From the IMG/VR virus record IMGVR_UViG_3300020037_004820: 64,000 nucleotides of DNA, one strand, 5' to 3'. Below the pieces are notes generated by a model. The model was not told where the DNA came from. It saw only the letters and a program-made list of their open reading frames with translations, and searched no databases. Shown piece by piece: positions 39,809 through 50,236 of this stretch; the stretch's first letter is position 1; every line of letters starts with the position of its first letter. The position numbers and the translations under genes are program-made. This DNA comes from a virus (Duplodnaviria; Caudoviricetes).

Positions 39809-40620
39809 TGGAATTGTTTAATAAATTAGAAGATGTTATATCTTTTGTGCTAACTGGATATGGTAAAGAACAATTAGCCACAGGAACGTTCAATCCTGTA
39901 TATTACGCTTTTTCTGATTCGGATATCTTGTACGATACGAGTTATGCTCCAGTAAGTCCACAAGGTTCTTATCCTGTCAGTTCTAGTCAAAATAGAACAA
40001 TAGAGGATTTAGCTAAAAAAGATAGACCTAAACCTAGCACTTTTCCATCTGTGTCTGAGAACGATTTCGGGGATAATTTTTATAAAGCCGGATTAGTGGG
40101 AACTTCAGAATATGGGAATAACTTATATCCAGCATTTGAAGTAAAACTATATGATGGACAAATATCCGGGTCATATTATTATAGTGGAACATTTTTGAAC
40201 CAAAATATACCTACTATAAATGTAAATATTCAATGTAAATACGATCCAGATACTAAAACATTTAAAAAACACGAAACATTATTTTTAGAGATAAATGAAT
40301 TAAATGGCTTATTTGAAAAAGAAAATTTTGAATATAGCATACTACAACGTTATGACCCTATAGTCCGAACAGGTCCAGTTCCTTTATTTCTATATGTTCC
40401 TGATAAATTATTAGAATTTGTAGATAGAGAAGAAGATTTAGAAAATCAAGAGTTTCCTCCTTTACAAATAGATACAGATTCTCTATCTAATGATAAAGTA
40501 GAATATTGGTTTGATATTGATGTGGACGATAAAATAATTGAACTTTTAGATTTCGAATTATCTGATTCTAATATTTATCTAAGACCTGAAAATATAGAAC
40601 CTAGACCGGAGAATTGTTAA
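39808..40620 (+). CDS. Structural protein with a tail-collar-fibre-like N-terminus, paralog of ORF 47841
   Basis: FVLTGYGKEQLATGTFNPVYYAFSDSDILY aligns with IVLTDAGRQRLARG..FRIVKFALADSEIDY. Confidence 0.6.
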   Translation: MELFNKLEDVISFVLTGYGKEQLATGTFNPVYYAFSDSDILYDTSYAPVSPQGSYPVSSSQNRTIEDLAKKDRPKPSTFPSVSENDFGDNFYKAGLVGTSEYGNNLYPAFEVKLYDGQISGSYYYSGTFLNQNIPTINVNIQCKYDPDTKTFKKHETLFLEINELNGLFEKENFEYSILQRYDPIVRTGPVPLFLYVPDKLLEFVDREEDLENQEFPPLQIDTDSLSNDKVEYWFDIDVDDKIIELLDFELSDSNIYLRPENIEPRPENC

Positions 40621-42365
40621 TGATTAGAGAATTGGAATTATTTAACACATTAGGATTAGTACCAACTATAACATCGGTTTTTTTAGAGCAAAAAAACCTA
40701 AGTAAAGTCAGTGCTAATTTTCAAATAGATATACCTCTTTCTAAAAATAGAAATCCTTGGATTTTGAATGAAAAGGTTTTAAAATATTTGAATCTTACTA
40801 TAACTTTTTGTACAAATGTTGAATTATACACAATTCTATCATCTAAAACTAATGATTGGACATACAGTTATATTTCTGAAGGCGGATTCATTGAAAATAT
40901 AGATTATGTACAGATAAATAAAAAGTTACAATCTTCTTATTTAAATTTCATTGTCGAATCGGATACTAAAGACAATAAATTGATTAAAACAGGTTTTACT
41001 GAAGATGTTATATTAAATGTGGAATCTTTAAAACACTTTTCTATATTCATTGCTATAAGTTTAGATAAAAAAGAAATAGCAAAGCAATTTGATATAAATG
41101 AAGCAAAATATGTAGATCTTTTAGGTTTTTGTGAATCTGAAGTTTTTATCGAAGACTATAAGGTAGTAAATAAAAACTTAAATGATGTATCTGTTCTTTT
41201 AGATAAAGATTCTTTTAGTTTAAATTCTATAGATATTTCATCTGCTACCTCTAATATTTTATACAATTATAGAGGTACAAAAAGCAGCACATATAGTTCT
41301 GAGCTTTTCTATTCTGTAGGGCGTGATGGAAGAATCATAGGATTTTTTATAACAGATATTATTACTTTATTTAGAAATGAAAGTAGAATAGCATCTTTTT
41401 TTGATAGAAAAGAATTTCTTAAATATTTCTTCTCGTCTGAGACATTGTTTCTTCCAAAAAGAATAACTTTAAAACGAATAAACGAACAAGGAGAACAGAC
41501 GATTCTTTATGATGGAAAATATTCTACAAAAATAGATACTGATAAATGTAAAATAACAAAAAGCCATATAACTTCTGATAAAAAATTATATACAACATTT
41601 TTTGATAAAACATCAGGAGAATTATCTAAATGCTACACTTACTATGTGTATATGACTTTTCAAGATGCTACTTTTAGTTATCTAACTAAAATACTAGAAA
41701 AAATAGACAAACATGCTTTAGATATTTCAAAAATAATAAATTTAGCAAGTAGTGGACGCTATTATGATTCTATTACGAATTCTTTTTCGAATAAATTTTA
41801 TGAAGTTTTAGAATCTGAAAATTTATCCATTAAATCTGTAATTTTAGCTGTATCGGGGATATTTTCTCAATTTATGGATTTAGATTTAAATACTCAAACT
41901 AAAATACTTAATCTATCTAATAGTAAATATCATAATTTCGAAGTATTAGAGCACATATCCGATGTTTTATCCTATTTGCAAGCTCAAATTTCTAGTCTTA
42001 AATTTAGATTATCTCAAACATCTATTTTAGATATTTCTATAGAATGTTTATTCGATACGCAAGTTGATAAAACAATACATTCTAATTTTAGAGAAGAAGT
42101 TATTACAACAATAGAATCTAAAGGGTATCCTGAAATATCTAAAACAGATTTTCTTAAAAGAATTTCCAAAGAAGTTAATAAATATTATAATGTCCCAGAT
42201 ATTTCAAATCCTTTAAAAGTTTCCTATTTTTCTCCAAGTTCCTTCGGGAATAGGAAACAGTTTATAGTTCAGGATACAATAGACTTTTCTAATTTAGATA
42301 AATATAATAAAGCTCTCATAGAAATATATTACACAAATAATGTGGGACCAAAAGATGAGCTATAA
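40620..42365 (+). CDS. Hypothetical structural protein
   Basis: Long ORF with TAATG coupling at 40620. Confidence 0.6.
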   Translation: MIRELELFNTLGLVPTITSVFLEQKNLSKVSANFQIDIPLSKNRNPWILNEKVLKYLNLTITFCTNVELYTILSSKTNDWTYSYISEGGFIENIDYVQINKKLQSSYLNFIVESDTKDNKLIKTGFTEDVILNVESLKHFSIFIAISLDKKEIAKQFDINEAKYVDLLGFCESEVFIEDYKVVNKNLNDVSVLLDKDSFSLNSIDISSATSNILYNYRGTKSSTYSSELFYSVGRDGRIIGFFITDIITLFRNESRIASFFDRKEFLKYFFSSETLFLPKRITLKRINEQGEQTILYDGKYSTKIDTDKCKITKSHITSDKKLYTTFFDKTSGELSKCYTYYVYMTFQDATFSYLTKILEKIDKHALDISKIINLASSGRYYDSITNSFSNKFYEVLESENLSIKSVILAVSGIFSQFMDLDLNTQTKILNLSNSKYHNFEVLEHISDVLSYLQAQISSLKFRLSQTSILDISIECLFDTQVDKTIHSNFREEVITTIESKGYPEISKTDFLKRISKEVNKYYNVPDISNPLKVSYFSPSSFGNRKQFIVQDTIDFSNLDKYNKALIEIYYTNNVGPKDEL

Positions 42366-43170
42366 GAATGCAATAAAGAGGGCGATACAAATGAGTGTTT
42401 CAACTTTAGAAAAATTAGTAGTTATAATGCATAGATTTGGGATAGATTATAATGAATTTAATCTTAAATTTGAAAATATAGAACATTTAGAGATAAATTT
42501 CAATAATAATGTTATAGATATTCCTGACCCTGTATTATCAACATGGGAACCTTATCATTTAATCTTAGATGACGCTCTACCTATTTCTTCGTCTTATCTT
42601 GGAAATGGAGTATATTCTTATTACAATGATCCAGGTGTTTATCCAATATTATCTGTTCAAAATCCTATAAAAACTGTACAAGGAAGTATAATTTTTTGGG
42701 CATCATCATCTATAGACTTAGGAACATTTGCGTTATTGCAAAATCTTCCCAATTCTTTGGACCCGCAAATTATTGCATTTCCGACATCTATATCTGGATA
42801 TTTAATTAAACCTACAAGTGCTAATTCCCTTTACGAACCTGATACACTTTCTGAAATTCCTTTCGGAAGCTGGGGATTATTCGTCTTAACTCAAGATAAT
42901 TTAGTTCAAAAAATTTATCGAAATAATTTACTTACAGATACTGGATCATCCGCTAATTTAGTGGGAACATTAACCTTCAATTTTTATTCACATATACTTG
43001 CGAACATAGCTTTTACAAATACCGCTTTAACTTCTGAGCAAGTTACTGCCTTATGGAACGCTGGTGTGACTGCTAATTACAAAGATGTTTTAGGGTTTAC
43101 TCCTGAAGCATATTGGAGAAGTGCTCCTTTGCCTGGATCACCTTCTTATATAGCTAATGAGGTATTTTAA
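42355..43170 (+). CDS. LamG/concanavalin-like domain protein
   Basis: GSIIFW, WGLFVLTQD..QKIYRN and NIAFTNTALTSEQVTALWN. Start uncertain (42355 or 42391). Confidence 0.6.
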   Translation: MSYKNAIKRAIQMSVSTLEKLVVIMHRFGIDYNEFNLKFENIEHLEINFNNNVIDIPDPVLSTWEPYHLILDDALPISSSYLGNGVYSYYNDPGVYPILSVQNPIKTVQGSIIFWASSSIDLGTFALLQNLPNSLDPQIIAFPTSISGYLIKPTSANSLYEPDTLSEIPFGSWGLFVLTQDNLVQKIYRNNLLTDTGSSANLVGTLTFNFYSHILANIAFTNTALTSEQVTALWNAGVTANYKDVLGFTPEAYWRSAPLPGSPSYIANEVF

Positions 43171-43613
43171 TGGCAAATAAGAATGAAACAAGAGAGCAAT
43201 TTTTAGAGAAATTATTTTTCGATATATTTCTTACATGTATAGTTTTAAAAGACTCAAAACTATTCAATTTTGAATACATAAAAACAATTACCAAAACAGA
43301 TAATTTACCTATACAAACAACTGCTCTCATAGAATCTTTTAAAAAAGATGCAGAAAAAATGAATTCGATAGAGTTGTCTAATAAATATTTTTTCATTATG
43401 TACATGAATTATCAACATTTATTTCAAATAGAATATTTTGATGATAAACTTCAAAAATGGAATTTATTAACGGAACAAGTTTTGAACACTCTCCCTGATG
43501 TTAAAGTATTATGCAGAGTAGTATCTTTTATCAATGAAGAACTAAGTATAGTAAGAAGTGAAAGTATAGATATAGAATTAGTTAATCAATATTTTATACT
43601 TAGTAACCAATAA
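43170..43613 (+). CDS. Hypothetical protein
   Basis: 147 aa, GAGG RBS, TAATG coupling. Confidence 0.6.
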   Translation: MANKNETREQFLEKLFFDIFLTCIVLKDSKLFNFEYIKTITKTDNLPIQTTALIESFKKDAEKMNSIELSNKYFFIMYMNYQHLFQIEYFDDKLQKWNLLTEQVLNTLPDVKVLCRVVSFINEELSIVRSESIDIELVNQYFILSNQ

Positions 43614-43614
43614 T

Positions 43615-46600
43615 ATGAAAATAAGAAAATACCTTTTTAGAGATCATTACAAAGTATCAACAGATAAATTTAGAGATATTCTAGGTTTATACCATGATTA
43701 TAAAAATCAAAATCTAACAGATTTATCTAATCCTATAAAAGAAATTTTTAATCATTCTATATTTTCAATATCTGATGCAGTTATTGTAGATGAAGATCAA
43801 GGTTTATACAAACAAAATGTAACTTTTAAACCAACAAATTTAGATTCAAATCAAAGATTTTTGAATCAAGAATATAGACAAAGATCAATTGAGGAATTAG
43901 ATCAAAATTTAATTCCAAGACGTGTGGATTTTCAACAAGGAGGAAATGGTTTTATATATACCACACCTGCTCCCATTGAAGGACCTGGGGAGTTAAATAC
44001 AACTACTCAAACATCTAATAATACTTCTCCAATTGAGGTAACTGTTCCTTTAGATCCCGTTATTCCTATTTCTGGTAAAACTAATAGAGAAGTTATAGTT
44101 GATACTATTAGAAGCAATAAACATTACGAAGATATAAATACTATAGTAGATGAAGTGACTGATTTAAAAATAGGAACAGATGATTCCTATGTAAATATTG
44201 AATCTAAATACAATTTTTTCATACCAAAATACGAAGAACAGATACAATCTAATTTAATTCCTGAAGAAATTTTACCGAACTTTTATGTTGTTAGTTTAGC
44301 TCTAAATCAAGATATCTTAAATTCTATATCACAAGATGATTACAATTCTTCTTTAGCGTTAGGAAACACATCTCCTTATGAAAATCTTAATAAAAAATTT
44401 GATAAATTTATCACATTAGATGGAAACCTATCATTAGATAGAAATGGGGATATCGGGTTCTTTTTTGCTCTTGCCTTAGTAGCTTATATGGAACAATACG
44501 CGGAAGTGTATGATTCAGTATCTGTAGATTATATAGAAACTGTTAAGAAAAGATTTGGACATTTATTTAATAATTTAACTAATAAAGAAATTTTAGATAA
44601 ATTGAATGAATTTAAAAGCTCATATCCTTTATATATTAATATAGAATGGACAACTACAACATTAAGTCCTTTACTTGTCTTTCTACAAAATGCAGGAATA
44701 TCTTTGCAAGCATTACAAAGTTTTCTTGGAGACAAATTGCTTATCAAAATACAATCTTCTGGTTTATCAGAAGTTTCAAGGTTTTCTATTTTAGCACAAT
44801 CTCCTAGATTAGATTTCACAACAGGTTTAGGGCATTTTGAGGAATATTCTCAGAATCTATATACATATGATGCAGGTCAATGGATTATCGACTTTTTGCT
44901 TGAGATCTTCGCAGGGACAAGCAATGAAATAATTCACCCTAATGAGTTGCTGGTTATTGACCAAAATGGGCAAGAGATTCCGATCACTGACCAGTTTGAC
45001 CCGACGAGGGGCGCTATTGATATTTACGAAATACTCAACGCAATATCTGCTATACCTGGGTATCGGGATTTACTTAATACCTCTATACGAACGTATAAGC
45101 AACTTATAGAGGGAGATTTTGCTAAGTCGGAAGTTTTGCTATACAAAATAGAAAAAAGAAATTCACAACATGTGTTACTTCAAACATTTTATATACCTAA
45201 TGTTTCTGGAATAAATGTGCAAAATTATGTAGATACTCAAGTTAAGTATAATAAAGAATATAAATACAAAATATTTGCGTATACAGCAATTTATGGTACA
45301 GAATATTATTATTCAAGATTTCAATCTGAAACAGATGATACACATTACTATAGAGCTGGTGAAGGGCATTTATCGATTGATACAAATATTAGTTTAGGAA
45401 TGTCTAACAAAAAAGTAAAGCAACCTATTAAAGAAAATTCTATAGTAGGATATTTTAGAGTTTTATCTGCGGACGAAGGGCATCAACTATTCGATATATT
45501 TATGAACACTTCTATAGCAGGTTCTGATCAATTTACATTAGGCTTTTTTGGCGATACAACTAGTTTAAACGTAGATAATTTATTAATCAATAAATGGTAT
45601 CATTTTTCTATTGTATCTAAAAAAGTAAAATCAATAGAAGGTATATCTTTTATAAGAGAATTATACATAGACGCTAGATTAGCAGGATCTGTTATTGCAG
45701 ATCCTATAGTAGAATTTAAAAATAGAATATTAATACCAGGATATGCGCCCTCTGCAACAGATCCTCTATTTGATCCCTTTGGAAGTTTTGGGAATTATTC
45801 CACAGTTACTCGTGATATGAGTAACATAGCAGTTTTCGATAGAGCACTAGAATATTCAGAAATAAAATCCTTAAAAAATCTAGGAAGATGTTGGGATATT
45901 AGAAAATCTAAAAAAGGTATACCTCCTTTGAATATAAATGATTGGACTGGAGAGGTTCCTTCATTTTATTGGCGTAAAAAAGCTATATATAATGTAGTTA
46001 CAAATGATGGATTTGCAGGCGAAGCTAACTTGGTTCTACATGGAGATGCAGTTTCTATAAAATGCGACGACAATTCTATACCAGATGATTCTAAAAAAGA
46101 AACATTTGAACCAAGAAATATAGAACCTAGAGATATAATACCTCCTTTATTCGAAGAATATCCTGTATATGGAGAAACAGATTCTTTAACTCCTGTTGAT
46201 CCTTTTATAATTGAACCACAAGAGCCATTTAAGGGATCAACAGGAGTTCCTGAATTTTTAGACATAGGTATACCATATGAACCTCCGGGTGTTCCAGGGT
46301 ATGGAGAAGTATTTATTCCTCCAGAAGAACCTCCTTTTATTCCACAAGAATCTCCTCCTGATTTTATAAAACAAGAGGTATATATTCCTACACCTACTGT
46401 TCCTACTGTTCCAATAACAGTTCCTGGTAAAAAATATATACCTGTAATATCTGTAGGAGGAGATACAACTCCTCCAGTTCAACCTGCTCAACCTTCTACT
46501 ACATCAGGGTATGCAGAAGTATTTATTGCACCAGATGCTTCTACACCAACTGTTAGAGTAGTTCCAACAGTTATTCCAAATATGCCTAGTGTTCCTGATA

Positions 46601-46836
46601 CAAGAGTGACAACTGCGCAAATAACACCTCAAACAGCACGACCTATATCAGCAGGAGGTGGAACTTCTCCTCCGCTTGTTCCACCTAAAAAGACAGTATT
46701 TACAAGAGATACACAAGTTACTCCTGTTAAAAAAGAGCAAGCGCCTATTTTACAACCTTCTCCTGTAACTATAAAAAAAGATATAATTACTCAAAAAGCG
46801 TCTACATTAATAACAACTAAAGGTACAAAAAAATGA
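43615..46836 (+). CDS. Structural protein with an Ig/FN3-like segment, a LamG-like domain and a Pro/Thr-rich tail
   Basis: YVDTQVKYNKEYKYKIFAY, NKWYHFSIV...LYID...NIAVFDRAL, then about 250 Pro-rich residues. Confidence 0.6.
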   Translation: MKIRKYLFRDHYKVSTDKFRDILGLYHDYKNQNLTDLSNPIKEIFNHSIFSISDAVIVDEDQGLYKQNVTFKPTNLDSNQRFLNQEYRQRSIEELDQNLIPRRVDFQQGGNGFIYTTPAPIEGPGELNTTTQTSNNTSPIEVTVPLDPVIPISGKTNREVIVDTIRSNKHYEDINTIVDEVTDLKIGTDDSYVNIESKYNFFIPKYEEQIQSNLIPEEILPNFYVVSLALNQDILNSISQDDYNSSLALGNTSPYENLNKKFDKFITLDGNLSLDRNGDIGFFFALALVAYMEQYAEVYDSVSVDYIETVKKRFGHLFNNLTNKEILDKLNEFKSSYPLYINIEWTTTTLSPLLVFLQNAGISLQALQSFLGDKLLIKIQSSGLSEVSRFSILAQSPRLDFTTGLGHFEEYSQNLYTYDAGQWIIDFLLEIFAGTSNEIIHPNELLVIDQNGQEIPITDQFDPTRGAIDIYEILNAISAIPGYRDLLNTSIRTYKQLIEGDFAKSEVLLYKIEKRNSQHVLLQTFYIPNVSGINVQNYVDTQVKYNKEYKYKIFAYTAIYGTEYYYSRFQSETDDTHYYRAGEGHLSIDTNISLGMSNKKVKQPIKENSIVGYFRVLSADEGHQLFDIFMNTSIAGSDQFTLGFFGDTTSLNVDNLLINKWYHFSIVSKKVKSIEGISFIRELYIDARLAGSVIADPIVEFKNRILIPGYAPSATDPLFDPFGSFGNYSTVTRDMSNIAVFDRALEYSEIKSLKNLGRCWDIRKSKKGIPPLNINDWTGEVPSFYWRKKAIYNVVTNDGFAGEANLVLHGDAVSIKCDDNSIPDDSKKETFEPRNIEPRDIIPPLFEEYPVYGETDSLTPVDPFIIEPQEPFKGSTGVPEFLDIGIPYEPPGVPGYGEVFIPPEEPPFIPQESPPDFIKQEVYIPTPTVPTVPITVPGKKYIPVISVGGDTTPPVQPAQPSTTSGYAEVFIAPDASTPTVRVVPTVIPNMPSVPDTRVTTAQITPQTARPISAGGGTSPPLVPPKKTVFTRDTQVTPVKKEQAPILQPSPVTIKKDIITQKASTLITTKGTKK

Positions 46837-47801
46837 GAGATATGACTGGCTTTGGGGGACTTGACCCTTTTACAAATGAGCAAAATTCTGAAAATCCTTC
46901 TTTGATTAATGCTCCAAAAGAGGAACAACAGGTTGGACCTATTAGCACAGGTGTGGAACCATCCACACCATTTACTCCTGAAAATATACAGAATATTTCT
47001 GATATCTTATTTTCGGATGAATTTCAATTCTCAGTATTTTTCAAACCTTTGTTAAAATTAGTGGAAGTAGATTATAGCGATTGGATATCCGCAAAAATAT
47101 TAGATTTTCCACCTACACCGCCTGTTGTACATTTTTGGCCTATAAAAGATGTATCTAATCGATACAATATAGCATTAGCTCCTTCGAGTGGAGAAATTCG
47201 TCAATCTCCTATAGCATTGCGTTTAAATGAAATAAGTTTTTTCAAAGATATATTAAATCAACAAAAAAGTACAGATGGCAAAATAACCTTTAAATATGAA
47301 GGAGAAATTGCTCAATATGAAATGTTTAGAATAGAAAATACTCCTTTAAGTTGGAAATCTTTCACACAAGATTCTACGAGTGTTAAAAAGATTTTTTCGG
47401 GATATGAAAATTTTCTATTTCAAGAATCGATTCAATCTAATAAGGACTATTATTATACCTTTAGAGCATATGATTTTCATTTGAAGTTTTCAAATCCTTC
47501 TCCAATTTATAAAGTAAGAATATACGAAAACGATGGAGTGGAGTATTTAGATGTAAAAGTATTCAATTTTCCTGAGAAGAAAAAAATAATTTCAAAAGAT
47601 TTTAGAAAGTTTATTAGAATTGATACATCTTTGGAACAAAAAACTTATAAAGAACCAAACTCCTCATTAGAAACAGAAGGAAAATTAGGCTTATACGATG
47701 AATCTTCTTATAATCGAAAATTTGTATTAAGAATTACAAGTAAGCATACAGGAAAAACATTAGATGTTGTTCTAAATTTTGTAAAAGAGGATATAATCTG
47801 A
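46833..47801 (+). CDS. Structural protein with an FN3-like segment
   Basis: ILDFPPTPP, QYEMFR and NKDYYYTFRAYD...SNPSPIY. ATGA overlap. Confidence 0.6.
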   Translation: MRDMTGFGGLDPFTNEQNSENPSLINAPKEEQQVGPISTGVEPSTPFTPENIQNISDILFSDEFQFSVFFKPLLKLVEVDYSDWISAKILDFPPTPPVVHFWPIKDVSNRYNIALAPSSGEIRQSPIALRLNEISFFKDILNQQKSTDGKITFKYEGEIAQYEMFRIENTPLSWKSFTQDSTSVKKIFSGYENFLFQESIQSNKDYYYTFRAYDFHLKFSNPSPIYKVRIYENDGVEYLDVKVFNFPEKKKIISKDFRKFIRIDTSLEQKTYKEPNSSLETEGKLGLYDESSYNRKFVLRITSKHTGKTLDVVLNFVKEDII

Positions 47802-47809
47802 ACAATAGT

Positions 47810-47817
47810 CTAATTAT
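47810..47817 (+). promoter_or_regulatory. Putative late promoter
   Basis: Intergenic CTAATTAT upstream of the AAGGAG RBS and the ATG at 47841. Confidence 0.5.
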
Positions 47818-47840
47818 TGTGATACAAAGGAGCATAACAA

Positions 47841-48737
47841 ATGGCAATTTTAGATAATAGTGGAGATATTGTATTAGATATCGTCTTAACGGATGCAGGG
47901 CGTCAGCGCCTAGCGAGAGGAGATAGAAGTTTCAGAATAGTCAAATTTGCTCTTGCAGATTCTGAGATTGATTACAGAAATTATAACTTAAATCATCCAA
48001 GTGGATCAGCATATTTTGATTTAAATATTGTAGGAACTCCTTGTTTTCAAGCATTTACAAATAATACAGCAGCTATGAAATATAAATTAGTTTCATATGC
48101 TAGAAATGATTTACTTTATTTACCTGTTATTAAAGTCAGTACGAATCTAGGACCAGGGGCAGCTACCTATAATTCTCTTGGTTATTATGTTGTCACATGT
48201 AACGAACAAACGATTCAATCGTTAGGAGTAGGAGCAGGGATTATAGATGGACAAACTGTTCAAACTGCCCAAAGAACTCCCTTAACTTTTGAACAAGGAT
48301 TAGATACGACAGAGTTATCTCCAAAAATACAGATACCTAATGATTTGAAAGAAACTCAATATTTTGTAAAAGTAGATTCTAGAATAGCTGAAATTGTTAC
48401 TCCTAGAGGAACGCCTCGTGCCGCTGAAGTATCATTTATAGATGATGATAAATTTTCGCTATATATATTCTCTATTGCAACCCCAGGGGATTTCATTAGA
48501 GATATAACTAATACAGATGGAAATTCCGCAATAGCTGGTCCGAGAGGAACAATGTTTCAATTCGGTATCAAAGCAAATATAAATCTAAATACATCGGATA
48601 ATTTGTTCACAAAAATAGGCTCTACTGTAACTATTAATGCGGTAGCATATCGATATATTGATACAAATATATTTATAGAAGGTGGTACAACTGGATTTTC
48701 AATGGATGTTCCAGTACGTTTCCTTCGTAAAATCTAA
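47841..48737 (+). CDS. Structural protein with a tail-collar-fibre-like N-terminal motif
   Basis: VLTDAGRQRLA...IVKFALAD motif, strong RBS. Confidence 0.65.
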   Translation: MAILDNSGDIVLDIVLTDAGRQRLARGDRSFRIVKFALADSEIDYRNYNLNHPSGSAYFDLNIVGTPCFQAFTNNTAAMKYKLVSYARNDLLYLPVIKVSTNLGPGAATYNSLGYYVVTCNEQTIQSLGVGAGIIDGQTVQTAQRTPLTFEQGLDTTELSPKIQIPNDLKETQYFVKVDSRIAEIVTPRGTPRAAEVSFIDDDKFSLYIFSIATPGDFIRDITNTDGNSAIAGPRGTMFQFGIKANINLNTSDNLFTKIGSTVTINAVAYRYIDTNIFIEGGTTGFSMDVPVRFLRKI

Positions 48738-48750
48738 GAGGAGTTAGCTC

Positions 48751-49803
48751 ATGCCATCAACATACAAATATATAACCGACGATAAAGTTCAAACGATACA
48801 AAATAAACTACATGAAGCTGTTCCTTTAACTGGAACAATTATATCTGGAACATTAGCAGATTCTAATGTTCGCAATTATGTACATGATAGGTTTCAAAGT
48901 GTATATGACTCTTCTGTATTAAGTTCATCTGCTAATCATATTTTTGATATTGCATTTGGATATTGCAGCGGATCAACTTTGTCGTCTTCTGCTAATTTAC
49001 TTAATAATGAAAAAGTATTAAATTATACCCAATTTGCTCAAATTTTTCAAGGATTTGACATTACTGGATCAATTCAATTATTTGATCAAGATGGTAACAT
49101 CAATGACGGCGGAACAAAGCTTAAAGAATGTGTATTTATTTTCTTCTCTAGAACTGTAGTTAAAGATGGTATAAAAAGAGGTTCGTTTAGTGCAACATTC
49201 TTTACTGGAGGAACTTGGGCAGCGCCTGCTGGAAGATTAGAAATAAACGACCAACATGCTGTTTCTTCTTATTTTGTAAATTCTCCTGTTGGAGAATGGT
49301 CTTATTTGACAGGAAATCCTGCAACTGGAGGAGGCCCGGGATCTCAAGTTGGACTTATTTTTTACGGTCCCGGATTGGTAGTTTTAACTGGGAGCATTTT
49401 CACATCTAGCTCGGGAGGTGGAACTCCAGTATTCTTTAGCTCTGCCGCAGATCCAAATAGAACTTTTAACCAAATGATGACAGCTTCTACTTTATCTTCT
49501 TCTGCAAATGGTTTGAGAAGAAAAATTGTAAATATCAATTTCGTAAATACAACAGAATTGAATTCACAAATATTTTTCTTGGATATTGGTCCAAATGAAT
49601 TCAATTACAGCTCGAATCCAACTTATTTATCCGCATCAAAAATTAGAACAAAAGATGACCCAACGGATAATTCCGTATCGTTTATAACAGAAGTAGGCTT
49701 ATATTCAGCAGATAATGAATTAATAGCTTCTGGTAAATTTTCTCAACCGTTACAAAAAACTGTAGGAAAAGCAATTTCTGTTAGAGCTAGAGTAGATTTC
49801 TAA
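48751..49803 (+). CDS. Structural protein with a tail-collar-fibre-like C-terminal motif
   Basis: FITEVGLYSADNELIASGKFSQPLQK...VRARVDF. GAGGAG RBS. Confidence 0.65.
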   Translation: MPSTYKYITDDKVQTIQNKLHEAVPLTGTIISGTLADSNVRNYVHDRFQSVYDSSVLSSSANHIFDIAFGYCSGSTLSSSANLLNNEKVLNYTQFAQIFQGFDITGSIQLFDQDGNINDGGTKLKECVFIFFSRTVVKDGIKRGSFSATFFTGGTWAAPAGRLEINDQHAVSSYFVNSPVGEWSYLTGNPATGGGPGSQVGLIFYGPGLVVLTGSIFTSSSGGGTPVFFSSAADPNRTFNQMMTASTLSSSANGLRRKIVNINFVNTTELNSQIFFLDIGPNEFNYSSNPTYLSASKIRTKDDPTDNSVSFITEVGLYSADNELIASGKFSQPLQKTVGKAISVRARVDF

Positions 49804-49819
49804 AGGAGACTCACATAAA

Positions 49820-50236
49820 ATGGCTGAAAGTAGAAAAGCAAAAAATTTGCGAATTGCTTCGTGGATACTTTTGACTGTAGTTCCTGCTATATTCGCAGTT
49901 GGATTTGATGCGAAAGGATATGTTGCAAAAGCAGAACAAAGTTTATCAGTGGTTACTATTTTAGAGCCAAAAGTATCTAAAATGGAAACGGAATTATCCC
50001 TTAATGGATTGAATGATTTGTTTACTAAAACTATTGTAGACGCAGATACAAAACGTGTAGATAGAATTATAGATGAATTGAAAACTTTAGATAAAAGTGT
50101 AACAGAACTTACCGCAGCAGTTACTGCTTCGAATGCGAATGTTGAGCAAATAATATTACGAAATAATAAATTTTGGGATGAAGATTGGAGCAAATTTACT
50201 TCTAAAATTGATAAACTAATTGACAGGAAAAAATAA
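49820..50236 (+). CDS. Single-pass membrane protein with a coiled coil
   Basis: Hydrophobic IASWILLTVVPAIFAVGF followed by heptad-rich sequence. AAGGAG RBS. Confidence 0.6.
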   Translation: MAESRKAKNLRIASWILLTVVPAIFAVGFDAKGYVAKAEQSLSVVTILEPKVSKMETELSLNGLNDLFTKTIVDADTKRVDRIIDELKTLDKSVTELTAAVTASNANVEQIILRNNKFWDEDWSKFTSKIDKLIDRKK

